A DNA stretch of 64,000 bases from Mobula hypostoma (Eukaryota): assembly GCF_963921235.1 (NCBI RefSeq), contig NC_086108.1, positions 41,356,001-41,420,000 of the forward strand, given 5' to 3'. Every line of letters begins with the position of its first letter. Position 1 is the stretch's first letter. A program made the translations under genes and the position numbers. Positions 36,010 through 48,637 of the stretch are shown one piece after another. The notes under the pieces are model-generated. The model was not told the origin of the DNA and ran no database searches. It saw nothing but the letters and a program-made list of their open reading frames with translations.

Positions 36010-37545
36010 TTATTCTGGTAAATGACATTGAAGACATTAGAGCTATGGTGCTGTATCGGGGGACATTAGGACCACTCAAGCCTTTTGTTTCACAGAATCT
36101 TGGTTAAGCCCTTTTGTTCTGAACGTTGCGATTTAGATTGACGAGTTCACAATATACCGCCAAGATAGGACTGCTGAGTCTTTTAAAGCCAAGGGTGGTG
36201 GAGTATGCCTCATGACCAACTCCTCACGGTGTACAAACGTGGCTGTGCTGTCCCAGTCCTGTTCACCAGACCTAGAACGCCTTGCGATAAAGAGCTGTCC
36301 ATTTTATTTGCTGCGGGAGATTTCAATGATCAGTTTGGTAGCGGAGTACATCCCACCACAGGCCAAAGTCAAGCAGGCTCTAGACGAACTGAGCGATGTG
36401 ATCAACAGGCATGAAGCAGTACACCATGTTGCCTTCCCCATCATTTTGGGCTATTTTCGCGAGGCTAGCTTGAAAAATTCTCTAAATAATTATTACCAAC
36501 TAATCACTTTCAGTACCAGAGGAAGCAACACACTGAACCACTGTTACACCACCAATAAGAGTGCTTACCACGCTATCCCATGCCCACATTTTGGAAAGGC
36601 TGATCAGCTGTCCGAACTTCTACTCCTTGAGTATAGGCAGAGACCGAAGACTGCAGCACCAGTAGTGAGGGCCAAGCAGGTGGGGACAAGGGAGGTGCAG
36701 GAGCACTTAAAGGACTGCTTTGAATCAGTGGACTGGACCATATTCGTGGATTCATCTTCGAGCCTGAATGAGTGCACCACAGCTGTTACTGACTTCATTG
36801 AAAACAGTGTGGATGAGTGTGTGCCTATGAGAACCTTCTGTACACACCCAAATCAAAAGTTGTGGATGAACCAGGAGGTCTGTAGTCTACTGAGAGCTAG
36901 ATCTGTGGCATTTAAGCCTGGCGACCCAGTTCTATGCAAGAAAACCAGATATGACCTGCAGAAGGCTATTTTAAGAGCTAAAGAACAATTCTGTGTGAGG
37001 TTGAATGCGACATTGGGAGCATATCAACCCTGACAGGGTTTGCAGGCCATTACCTCTTACAAAGTGAAGCCTAACACTATGAATAGCAGTGATGCTTCAC
37101 TCCCAGACAATATCAATGCCACTAATGCTGCTTTGAAAGATAGAATAAAACTGCAACTGAGGAAGCTGCAGCACCCGGTTGCCCTGTTATCTCTATCTGG
37201 AGGTCAATGACAGGCTGGTATACAGGAGAGTGAACCCTTGCAAGGCAGCAAGTCCTGATGGAGTACCTCATAGGGCTCTGAAAACTTGTGCCAACCAACT
37301 GGCAAAGTGTTCAAAGACACTTTCAATGTCTCATCGCTACAGTCCATAGTTCCCACCTGCTCCAAAATGCCAACAATTCTACTAGTGCCCTAGAAGAGCA
37401 GTGTGAGTTGCCTTAATGACTATTATCCCATACCATTCACATCTATGGTGATGAAGTGCTTTGAGTGGATGGTCATGGCTAGAATCATCTCCTGCCTCAG
37501 CAAGGACCTGGACCCACTGCAAATTGCCAATCACCACAATAGGTC
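36010..37545 (+). mobile_element. Rex1/Babar LINE ORF2 N-terminal part (AP endonuclease, linker, start of RT)
   Basis: ORF 36212..37033 SCSPDLE.LAIK..PFYL.RE..YIPPQA..TRGSNTLNHCYT..PCPHFGKAD..DCFESVDW..PNQKLWMNQEV; 37000-37545 parallels 15745-16295; cut by a CR1 insertion. Confidence 0.9.
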
Positions 37546-39868
37546 CATAAGGCCATAAGACCATAAGGCATAGAAGCAGAACTAGGGCATTCAGCCCATT
37601 GAGTCTGCTGTTCCATTCCATCATGGCTGAGCCCAGATCCCACTCAATCCCATACATCTACCTTCTCGCCATATCCCTTAAAGCTCTGACCGGTCAGGAA
37701 ACTATCAACTTCCACCTTAAATACATCCACGGACTTGACCTCCACCACAGTCTGTGGCAGAGCATTCCACAGATACTCTACTCTTTTGCTAAAAAAATTT
37801 CTCCCTACCTCTGTTCTAAAAGGTTGCCCCTCAATTTTGAAACTGGTCCCTCTAGTTCTGGATACCCCCACTAGAGGAAACATACTCTCCACATCCACCC
37901 TATCTAGTTCTTTCAATATATAGGAGGTTTCAATGAGATCTCCTCCACATTCTCCTAAATTCCGGTGAGTACAGGCACAAAGTTGCCAAATGGTCATCAT
38001 ATGTTAACCTTTTCGTTCCCAGAATCATCCTCATAAAATCTCCTCTGGACTCTCTCCAATGTCAACACATCTTTTCTGACATATGGGGGCCAAAACTGTT
38101 AACAATGCTCCAATTGTGGTCTGACTAGTGTCTTATAAAGGCCCTCCTTGCTTTCATATTCCACTCTCCCTGAAATAAATGCCAATATTGCATTTGCCTT
38201 CTTTATCACAGACTCAACCTGTAAATTAACCTTCTGGGAGTCACGTACAAGGACTCCTAAGTCCCTCTGCACCTTTGATGTTTGAACCTTCTCCCCATTT
38301 TGATAATATCCCACACGATTGTTCCTTTACCAAAATGCATTATTGTACATTTCCCAACACTGTATTCCATCAGCCACTCTTTTGGGGCCCATTCTTCCAA
38401 TTTTCCCAAGTCCTGCTGCAATCACATTGCTACCTCAGCACTACCTACCCCACCACCTACCTTCGTATTATCCACAAACTTTGCCACAAAGCCATCAATT
38501 GTATTACCTAAATCATTGATAAACAATGTGAAAAGTAGCGCTCCCAATACTGACCCCTGAGGAACACCACTAGTCACTGGCAGCCAACCAGAAAAAGTCC
38601 TTTTTATTCCCACTCATTGCCCCCTGCCTGTCAGCCATTCCACTATCCATGCCAATATCTTTTTTGTAACTGTAAGGGGTTTCTTCTTTTATGTTACTGC
38701 GTAGTCTAATTAAAATGGCTTCTTTGTTATGTTATAATTGAAATGGCTTCTTTGTTAAGTTAACTGCTGAGAAAGTCCTCCCGCTAGCAGTTTGTTTGGA
38801 TTATGTTACTGATAAGAGGATGAACAAACCAATTGGGATAGATATTATTCTTTCTGTGTGTCTGTAAATTAGTGTGATGCGCGGGTTTTTGAGGAGAAGG
38901 TGGGAGAGAGAGACAGAGGATGGACAAGGTGCTGTGAGTCCACTAACGGGGTCGGACCCTAAGCAGGAGTTAGAGGTCCAGGGTGTTCGGGGAGGAGAGG
39001 AGATGGAGACAGACTCATGTGGAGCGTCTGGTCGACCCCCGTTGTTGGTCCTGGGCAGCAGGTTGAGGTGGTCCAAGGGGAGATGCAGGGTGAGGAAGCA
39101 GGGTCCTGAGCTCCAACTGTTTGTGCATGAAAAGATTGAACTTTGATAAGTGTGGCACCTTTTATTTTACTTTTATATTTTATTCTCTTTTAATTATATA
39201 GTTCCAGTAATATCTATAAACTGTATATCATTTAATTGCATCTGGTGTATTGTCTGTTATTTGGGTGGGGTGGGGTACATCACACAGCATTCACACAAAC
39301 TATTACCCAGTTTGGCGGGGCCGAGGGCTGTTTCCCTAGACAACAGCGAGCCGAGCGACCCTGAGGCTGGCCAGAGGAGCTACATAATGCCATAGGATTT
39401 TATCTTGTTAAGCAGCCACATGTGCCACACTTTATCAAATGCCTTCTGAAAATCCAAGTAAATGGCATCCACTGTCTTTCCTTTGTCCATCCTGCTTGTT
39501 ACTTCCTCGACGAACTCTAATAGATTTGCCAAGCAAGATTTCCCTTTACAGAAACCATGCTGACTTTGACTTATTTCATCATAAGTCTTCAAGTACCCAA
39601 AACCTCATCCTTAAAAATAGACTCCAGCACTTTCCCAACCTCTGATGTTAGGCTAACTGGCATATAATTTCCTTTATTTTGCCTTTCTCCCTTCTTAAAG
39701 GATGGAGTGATATTTGCAATCTTCCAGTCCTCAGGGACCATGCCAGAATAAAATGATACTTGAAAGATCATGACCAATACATCCTTTATCTCTTCAGCAA
39801 CATCTGTCAGGACCCTGGGATGTAGTCCATCTGGACCAGGTGACTTATCCATTTTAAGATCTTTGAGT
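37546..39868 (-). mobile_element. CR1 LINE, 5'-truncated, interrupted by a solo LTR
   Basis: KSPGPDGLHPRVL..VPEDWKIANITP.FKKG, SQHGFCKGKSCLANLLEF..DFQKAFDKV, VTSGVPQGSVLG.LLF..FINDL..KFVDNTK; (CCATAAGA)n tail at 37546. Confidence 0.93.
38671..39384. mobile_element. Solo LTR (TG...CA, 714 bp)
   Basis: TGTAAGGGG...GGAGCTACA, flanked by TAAC/TAAT (4-bp TSD, 1 mismatch); CR1 sequence resumes exactly on both sides. Confidence 0.82.
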
Positions 39869-39869
39869 A

Positions 39870-40250
39870 TATGTGAGGATGTTAGAGCACTATCACACAC
39901 AATACTGAATTAGTCATTTTTGGAGGGACCGATCCAATTCAGTGACATTGTTTGATGTCTGGAATATCTGTCAAGGTAGCATCCATCATTACAGACCCTC
40001 ACCACAGGAGACATGAAGTTTCTCATCACTACATCAATGATGAGGTACAGGAACTTGAAGAGCCAACTCAACAGTTCAGAAACAGATTCCTCCCCTCCAT
40101 CATCAGAGTTCTCAACAATCTATGAACACTACTTCATTATTCCTTTTTTGCACTATTTATTTTGTAATTTATAGTAACTTTATGTAATTTCACTGTACTA
40201 CTGCAGCAAAACAACACATTTAGTGTCATAAAATCAGTGATAATATCAAC
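39870..40250 (+). mobile_element. Rex1/Babar 3' remnant
   Basis: GCATCCATCATTACAGACCCTCACCAC...AGGTACAGGAACTTGAAG...AACAGATTCCTCCCCTCC and typical tail. Confidence 0.7.
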
Positions 40251-40862
40251 TAATGACATGAATATTGATTTCTCCTTCCAGTAAAAAAATCCCTCCCCCT
40301 CCCCTCTTCTCCCATTCCCCATTCTGGCCTCTTAACTCTTCTCACCTGCCTATCACCTTCCCTAGGTCCCCTCCTCCTTCCCATTCTCCTATTTTCCACT
40401 CCCGACAGACAATAGACAATAGGTGCAGGAGTAGGCCATTCAGCCCGTCGAGCCAGCACCACCATTCACTGTGATCATGGCTGATCATCCACAATCAGTA
40501 CCCTTTTCCTGCCTTCTCCCCATATCCCTTCACTCCGCTATCTTTAAGAGCTCTATCTAACTCTTTTTTGAAAGAATCCAGAGAACTGGCCTCCACTGCC
40601 TTCTGAGGCAGAGCATTCCACAGATCCACAAACCTCTCTCATCAGATTCCTTTCTCTCCAGCCTTTTACCTTTCCTATCCACCTGGCTTCACCTATCACC
40701 TTCTAGCTATCTTCCTTCCCCTCCCCACTCCTTTTTATTCTGGCATCTTCCCCCTTCCCCTCCAATCCTGAAGAAGGGTCTCAGCCCAAAACGTCGGTTG
40801 TTTATTCATTTCCATAGAGGTTGCCTGACCTGCTGAGTTCCTCCAGCATTTTGTGTGTGGCA
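40250..40862 (+). mobile_element. Penelope-like 3' end with decayed hammerhead; CR1 tail inserted at about 40405-40632
   Basis: Pyrimidine-rich UTR; CCTGAAGAAGGGTCTCAGCCCAAAACGTCG (GAAA changed to AAAA); ACAATAGACAATAGGTGCAGGAGTAGGCC is a minus-strand CR1 tail. Confidence 0.82.
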
Positions 40863-41729
40863 CAGTGTTATTAAACTTGATTCAGAAGCTGTGTTTCATA
40901 TGAATTTCCTACTTGGTTGCTGTAATCTTGACAGATTTGCTGAATCCTAGGAGAATGGTATTACTAAATCAGAGCTAATGATCAGACTGATCCTGGTATA
41001 AAAGGAATGCTGATATTTGTATCTTGATTGAGGGGATGACTAATAATCATGATGCACACATTAATGGAGACATTAGTGGAGGAGATCATTAAGTGGCTAC
41101 ACGTAAAGATAAGAATTTTGATTTGTTTCACTTTTTTGTCTGTCAGCTACCAATGAAACTGCAACCTTAAGATTGGCGCTATCATGTGCATTGTACCAGG
41201 CTCACACTTCACTTGAAGACTGCCGATAATAAAGATGGCATTGAATGGAATACACTACAGATGTTGTAAATCCAGGAAAAGGTGGGGTTCATTTGCCCAC
41301 TACTATCATCTGATTTGAGTTAATTAAGATGGTTTCCTTCTGATTCTTGTTTAAATGGATTTGAGTTGGCGGATTGATGTTTTTCTTTTATGGAAGCTTG
41401 TATGGCGTATAGCTCCAGGGTTGTGCTCCCAATGGGTTCTATTGGGGGTTTTTTTTGTTAGCAGGGGTTTTTCTTGTTTTAGTTAGTAGGGGTTCTTCTT
41501 TTCCTTTTTTTCCTTAAAAAATATTCTTAACACTTTATTTTTTCTTATTATTATTGTAATATTGTTTAGCTTTGTTAATCAATATATCAATTATTTATGT
41601 CAGTTATTTGGTAATTTAATTCCTCATTGTATATATTGACATGTTGACTTGATTAGCTTAATGTATTTTTTTTTTGTTGCTCTTCAATAATAACTAATAA
41701 AAAAGATTTAAAAATGTAAAATGTAAATC

Positions 41730-42845
41730 CAGAGCAAGCACACACAAAATGCTGGAGGAACTCAGCAAGTCAGGCAGCATTTATGGAAGGGACATTTCCA
41801 CATTTCAACATGAATAGTCGACATTTCGGGCCAAGGCCATTCATCAGGGCTGGAAGAAAAGAACAAAGCAGCCAGAATAAGAAGGTGAGGGGAGGGGAAT
41901 GAGTACAAGCTGGCAGGTGGTAGGTGAACCCAGGTCAGGGAAAAGGTGGATGGGTGAGGGGCAAAGTAAAGAGCTGGGAGGTGATAGGTGGATGATGAAA
42001 AGGGCTGAAGAAAAAGGAATCTGATAGGAGAGGACAGCAGGCCATGGTAGAAAAGGAAGAAGAAAGGTCACCAGACAGTCGTGAGAAGAGGAGAAAGGGT
42101 AAGGGGGGAGCCAGAATGGGGAACGGAATAAGAGAGAGGGGATGAAGGAGAAATGGCCAGAAGTCAGAGATATCAATGTTCACGCTATCAGGTTAGAGGC
42201 TACCAAGATCGAAAATGAGGTGTTATTCCTGCATCCTGAGTGTGGCTTCATCATGACATAACAGGAAGCCCTGGACCAACACATAGAAATGGAATGGGAA
42301 TCAAAAGTTGAATTGAAGTGATTTGCTAGTGGCCACCCACCTTTTGTGGCGGATGAAACTATCCCCCAATCTATGTCAGTCCCACGAATGTAGTTAGGCT
42401 GCATCGGGAACACTAGATGCAGCAGATGACCCCAGCAGACTAATAAGTGAAGTATCACCTTACCTGGAAGGATTGTTTGGGACCCTGAATGGTGGTGAGA
42501 GAGGAGGTGGCAAGACAGGTGTAGCACTTGTCCACTTTGCAGCAGTAGGATCACTTTGAAGATGGCAGAATTTACAAAGAATGATGTGCTGCATACAGAG
42601 GCTAGTGTGGTGGCAGTTAAGGACAAAGGGAACCCTATCCCTGTTATAGCAGCAGAAAGGTGGGGTGAGAGCAGATGTGTGAGTGAGGGCAACATCAATG
42701 GCAGCAGAAGAGAAGGCTTACTCTTTGAAGTAGGAGGGCATCTCAGATGTTCTGGAATGCAAAGCCTCATCCTGAGAACAGATGAAGAGAAGGCGGAGGA
42801 ACTGAGAATAGGGAACAGCATTTTGACAAGTGACAGAGTGGGAAG
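41730..42845 (-). mobile_element. Penelope-like element, degenerate 3' part
   Basis: SHSVTCQNAVPYSQFLRL..ICSQDEALHSRTSEM; LANHFNS; collinear with 4250-5385; hammerhead-like end AGCCCUGAUGAAUGGCCUUGGCCCGAAAUGUCGACU at about 41816-41851. Confidence 0.9.
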
Positions 42846-42849
42846 CTGT

Positions 42850-43720
42850 GCTGTGTATACTGAGCTGTGTGCACAACTCTCCGCAGCTTCTTGCAATCGT
42901 GCAGAACAGTTGCAATACCAAACTGTTATGCATTCTTCCTGTGGTGCATCAATAAATATTGGTGAAGGTCAATGGGGACATGCCAAATTTGTTTAGCCTC
43001 CTGAGGAAGTAGCAGCCTTGGTGAGCTTTCTTGGCCATGACATCTGTGGGGCCAGACCAGGACAGGGTATCAGTGATGTTCACTCCTAGGGACTTAAAGT
43101 TCTCAACCCTCTCAAAGACTACACCGTTGATGTAGACAGGAGCATGTTCACCACCCACTTCTGAAGTCAATGACCAGCTCTTTTGTTTTTCTGACAATGA
43201 GGAGAAAGGTTATTGTCTTGACACCATGTAACAGATCTATTTCTTCTTGTCACTCAGTTCTGATATGGCCCAAGCACAGAGTGAGAGATACTGAGGTGGG
43301 TCGATAGTTCAAAGATTTTAATGAGAACAGTGTTAAAGGGAAAAGAAAACAATAAATACTAGGCCAAACAGGGCCGCTAACTAAAACTCCCAAATGGAAA
43401 ATGAAGCCTACACCGTGGCTGTAGAGAACAACTAAGTATAAAAAAATACTGCTAGTCTTCAGAGTCAGTTGACTCGACAGTCCAATTTCTCAGGCAAGAC
43501 CGAATGCAAACAGGCAGCACAGCGTTTCTGTGGTGTGTCCGAGTCTCAATAACAACTATGACATAAAGAATGGAGTTAAATGCTATCACAACGAAATAAT
43601 GATTAACTAACACATGCATATTCATGAGCACAATTGCCGTATCTGCTGCAGTGCTGAATCCATGGTTGTGACATTTGTACTTTGACTCAGAATGAACCAA
43701 TGAGGAGTGTCTGATAGCCT
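42850..43720 (-). mobile_element. Rex1/Babar fragment interrupted by an LTR-like insert
   Basis: ORF 42949..43197 APVYING..ERVENFKSLGVNITDTLSW..KKAHQ..YFLRRLNKFGM. Confidence 0.8.
43248..43673. mobile_element. Probable solo LTR (TGTCAC...GTGACA)
   Basis: 6-bp inverted termini TGTCAC/GTGACA; interrupts Rex1 sequence; TSD not clean (TTCT/TTTG). Confidence 0.6.
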
Positions 43721-44159
43721 GGGTTTTCATTCGAGCTGAGGAGGCTGTGCCCAACCTAACTGAATAGTACAAAATTATGAGCGGCATTAACAGGGTAGAA
43801 AGACAGAATTTTTTCTCCATAGCAGAGATATCAAAGGTCAAAGAGCAGATGTGTAAGGTGAGGGGTCAGTGGGGATCTGCAGAAGATCTTTTTCACCTGA
43901 TAATGGTTTGGGTCTGTACTGTTTGACTGGGTGGTAGAGGCAGTGACTTCTCCAACATCTGTAAAGTCGGGCCAAGTGGCGGAAAACAGGACATTGATAA
44001 TCAGCATGGACAAGGAAGCCAAGGCCTGTTCCTATGCTGTGTGATTCTATAACTCCATGAAATTCATGGTAAAAGAAATGGTTATCTGTAGTGCAGTATA
44101 AGGGAACACAACTGTCCATGGTTTGAGATGTTAATCTAAGGATCTGTGTGCGTCTAAAG

Positions 44160-44238
44160 AAGGGGTTCCCATCCTGGGTCCACAGACCCCTTGCTTAATG
44201 GTATTGGTCCATGGTATAAAAAATGTTGGGAGCCCCTG
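44160..44238. mobile_element. Short hAT-like MITE
   Basis: AGGGGTTCCCATC...GTTGGGAGCCCCTG inverted ends; 8-bp flanks GTCTAAAG/ATCTAAAA. Confidence 0.65.
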
Positions 44239-44469
44239 ATCTAAAATATGGAGGCACTATTTGGGAGAAGTGTGACATTGACCCATAATGTTCTGACCAA
44301 TATTCATCACTTATCAATATACTATTAAAGGAAAACAGAAAGTCTAACCATTATCACATTATTCTCTGTTGAACTTTATTGTGCAATAAACTGACATCAG
44401 TATTCCGTATATGATTCTAACAATTTTAATTCAAAAGTTACATAATTGGCTGTAAATGAAATTTTTTTT

Positions 44470-44700
44470 TAAAACTGTAGGTGATGGAAATCTGAAATAA
44501 AAACAGATCATGAAGGGAATATTCAAGATCAGGCAGCATCTATGGAGAAAGAAAGTGAATTATTGTTTCAATTTGAAAATCCTGTACCAGTGCTTGTAAT
44601 GGCTAGTTCTGACACAAAGTTTTCAACCGGAAATGTTAATTGTTTCTTTTGCAGCAGGTGCTGTTTGATCTGCTGAGTGTTTCTTGCATTTTCTCTTTCT
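44470..44700. mobile_element. Older Penelope-related short repeat, head-to-head inverted pair
   Basis: TCAGGCAGCATCTATGGAGAAAGAAAG mirrored by TTTCTTTTGCAGCAGGTGCTGTTTGATCTGCTGAG; relatives at about 3790-3950, 53890-53990, 55320-55400. Confidence 0.6.
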
Positions 44701-47024
44701 AGGTATTTGTAACGTGCTGTGAGAATCCTGAAGGGAGCTATTTTATTGTAAGTCTTTTTGTCTGGTTTGACCTGTTGAAAAGAACTTGGCTTCATTGGGT
44801 TCAGATAGGCAATTGCACATTTGCTTATGAGCTATTGGCTTAACTAATCACAGATCAAACAGACACAACCTTCATTCAAATGAAAATACATTTGGGGATT
44901 ATTTGATTCTGAAAGTATGCCAGGTCTTTTCTCAGTCTAGCACTATGGCTAATTAAATAACTGAAATGAAGCACTGAAATACAAAATTTCTGTATTTATC
45001 AGTAAATCCTAAAAACCCTAAGTGATATCAATGTGTTGTCTGAATAAGTGGATACAACATATGTCACAGAAGAGGAAGAGAGTGAGGTGCACCAGATTAC
45101 TAGAAGACTCTTCTATAGCATGTTCACTCTCTGAAGGGACTCATCAAAGAGAGAAACTGTCAGGTAGTCACACTAAAGTACGGCCTTTTACACACAGTTG
45201 GAGGCTCCTGTCAATAGCTCACAAAGGTTCTGAGCTATCCCCTCAGTGAGACTAATTACCTTTCTCCTAAAACATACAATGAATCGATCTGAGGATGTGG
45301 AAAGCTAATCAGAGTGGTCAGGTGCATTACAGGTACCTCAGTGAAACGGAATGCTATGTATGGCTGGCCGCTGCCTCCTTGCAGTTGGTTACTGTTACAT
45401 CAGGCTTCTGACCTGTTTAACTCAGGAACATAACTTAAAGCAGCAGTTAAACAGTGAGGCCTGTTCCCTGAGGCTTTGGTAGATGTGTCAATTTTTTTTA
45501 AAAAATGAGAATAGCTGTCATTGTCTTTGGCCTGATCATGATGAAGAGGCAACCAGACAAAAGGTGTCAGATATCAGAACTAAGAAGTTGGAAACTGTCC
45601 ACTTGCAATATTTACTGATGAAATTGTCATTCGTTAAAACGAGGAGGCTGCAGTTTTTGACCTTTCCTTTTCACTCTCATCTGAATAACAAATAACTGAA
45701 GGGGTTTGTATGATTTATCCCTGATGTCACGGTGAAAAAGATATTCATCTTCAATTTTCCTGCTGGTCACATTTCACAAATACAAAACTAGTACCAACAT
45801 TATAAGCCTCTTCTTCAAGCAACAAAACTTCTTTCAGATTACCCTGCGGAAATAGTCTCAACCCAATAAGATCTAAAACTACAGCAAAACAAATTTATAA
45901 CTTCATATATTTGAAAGGTATTAACAAATTACACAACTGCTTACAAGCATAGAAAGACTTACGCTTTCTATTAAATTTGTTTTCTGATTTTTTTCTAAAA
46001 GAAGATTGGCTTTATTCGTTCTCTGAGTAAAGACAAAGTCATTCTTCAGGCAAATATTTACTTACTGCAGTACATTCCATTTTACTGCCTTCCAATATAT
46101 CTGATGCACAGGTAATGGAGCTACACCACTAGAGATGACTCTTTCAGTTTTCCTTTGTTAAGTTGGAGGGTATTTTTGTGTAAGGAATAGATGATTAGAG
46201 ACAATGGCAAAGGGGATAAGTTGGAGTTGGATGCGAAGACCAGACATGATATAATACCATGCTTCCTGATTGATCACATCACATCAACAGCTTGTTGAGC
46301 CAACACGTACCATGCCTAGCGTTTTTTCCTGTAAAAAATCACTGGAACTCTTGCAAATGGTCTGAGGATTTTACTCCCAGGATAGTGCCTGTACAGTCAA
46401 TATTTAATTATATAGTAGCAAAATGGCTTTTTGAAATCAGAACTAGATTTGTTTTTGCATATAATCCAAACCTTCAGAAAATGAACTGAATTGAAACCAG
46501 GCACAAATCATTAGATTCCATTATTTAACCAAGTGGTGGAACCTAACTATAAGATAATAATATGCATTTACTCCCTAAATATTCTATTTCTGTCTCAATG
46601 GTGTGCTGATTGCATGCTCCTTAAACAAGTTGGATGAGCTGAATTCCAGGCCTATGGCACGTATCTCACATTATTGATTGCGCCTGTTTTCTTTTGTTAA
46701 AAAATCAACCTTCACTCCCTCTTGGTGTTTTCAGAATGAATAGAGGTCAGCTCGCTCAGTGGAACTAGACAGACAATTGACCATCACAGTATTAGCCTCT
46801 ATGGTATGCCACCAACTATCCTATTGAGTCACAACCTCAGTATCTTCTAGTTTAGGTACTTTTCAGTGTATCAGCTTACTAACTTTTCTACCATAGAGGG
46901 AGAAACATGATCACACACCTCAAACATGATGGCCATCAAGAGAATCTCAGCGAGTGCTGAAGCAGAATCCCAGTACCAATATGACATCCTGGGATGCCAT
47001 AAAGCTGGAATGAGAAGAGAAGGC

Positions 47025-47268
47025 ATTAGAAACACAAGAAACTCTGCAGATGCTGGATGTCCAGTGCAAACACTCAAAATGCTGGAGGAACGCAGCAAGT
47101 CATGCAGCATCTATGGAAGGGAATAAACACCCAATGTTTTGGGCTGAAGGGTCTCGGCTCAAAATGTCAACTGTTTTTTACCCCTCCATAGATGCTGCAT
47201 GACTTTCTGAAATCCTGCAGCATTTTGAATGTTTCTCAGCAACTGCAGAATTTCTTTGTGTTTCTAAT
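47025..47268. mobile_element. Fold-back pair of short Penelope-derived elements
   Basis: ATTAGAAACACAAGAAACTCTGCAGATGCTG... mirrored by ...CAGCAACTGCAGAATTTCTTTGTGTTTCTAAT; junction lies within decayed hammerheads. Confidence 0.85.
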
Positions 47269-47819
47269 ATTTTCTCATTCGTATTGCGTTTCTTAATTTC
47301 TCCAACAGTCAGAAGAGACTCTGGGGAAAACCTCCTCGAGTTTAGCTATCCATTAAAGTTTCCATCCTATATTTGCTGAACAAAACAGAACACAGGTTTT
47401 GATGTTAATAATGGGCCCACAACAGAACTATTTTGAACTAAGAGTGATGTCAAACAAGGCTGCATCATTGTCCCAGCTGTTGCAACTTACCATCTACAGA
47501 CCTCTCCCAGCGACTGGAGAATTTCTCCTGAGCCATTCAGAAACTAAGCCTACATTGACAGTATATTACAACCAAAATAATTACCAGCTTTAGTAATCAA
47601 GCTGTAATATGCAGGTGCCTTTGCAGTTTGTGCTCTGACACCAAGATCCAAGCTGATGTCAATATTTTCACTAAAGTATTTGAGAGTGTTACACTCAACA
47701 TCAGCAATATGAATGTTCTCAACAAAACTACCTCTTTTGAACCACTCTTCCCTTTAACATTAAAGGTGCATAATGTGGATTTCTTCCTTTGACTTGAGAA
47801 CTCTGAAGTCAGACGTCAA

Positions 47820-48340
47820 CAGTAAAATATACCACAATCTTAGTAATATAGTCTGTGTTCTGCACAAAATGAGGAAATGTTACTTCAAGGTGAAGACTCT
47901 AGAGTTAGCACAAAACTCATGGTCTGCTGAACAACTGTGATCCCTGTCCTCCAACATAAGACCAAAACAACCCATAGAAGGCATATCCAGGGTACTGGAA
48001 AAGTACCAGTACTGCTGTAAAATCTTCTATATTCACTGGAAAGACATGAGACCAACATTGGTATCCTGTCTCAACCAGTACTGATCCTCCATGTTACGTA
48101 GAATATATCATTTCCATGCCTGACACCAGTCTCAGAAAAAAGCCATGCAGTTCTGTTATAGAAAGGTATTAATCGCATGCAGGAGTAAGGATTCAAGGAT
48201 GTGCTGGAAACCTCCTTGAAGAAATGCAACATAATACCATTAGAAACCTCTAGCCATAACCATTCAAGGAAAAGCACTTGCGATGGTATTAATAAATTTG
48301 GTGCCATGCATTGGGAGCACAGAAGTCCTACGTAAGGAGT
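47820..48340 (+). mobile_element. Degenerate RTE (BovB-like) LINE C-terminal fragment
   Basis: GGATTCAAGGATGTGCTGGAAACCTCCTTGAAGAAATGCAACATA reads FKDVLETSLKKCNI; ATTCACTGGAAAGAC reads IHWKD. Confidence 0.6.
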
Positions 48341-48546
48341 ACAAAATGAGGTTACAATTCCTCAATTAAGTAAGTCTATTTTTTAGTCCAAGTTTTTCTT
48401 CAAGAGGTGTTTTTTTTCTAAACTCTCCTAATGAAGAAAATTTTCCTGTTCTATGAAAAATTTGGTAAAACTAAATATTTTAATTGTGTTTGTTTGGTAT
48501 TTTCATTCTATTTTAGAGAAAGAAGGGAGAGACTGAGAAAGTGGGT

Positions 48547-48637
48547 AACACACATACAATACTGGAGGAACTCAGCAGGCCTTAGTAGAAAGGAGTAAAC
48601 AGTCAACATTTTGGCAAGAGGCCCTTCATCAGGACTG
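48547..48637 (-). mobile_element. Short Penelope-derived element with 16-bp flanking duplication
   Basis: GACTGAGAAAGTGGGT at 48531-48546 and 48633-48648. Confidence 0.82.

Noticed and set aside
36212..37033. 273-aa ORF as a host or domesticated gene
   Set aside because: Rex1 endonuclease/linker fragment with substituted motif residues and flanking stops.
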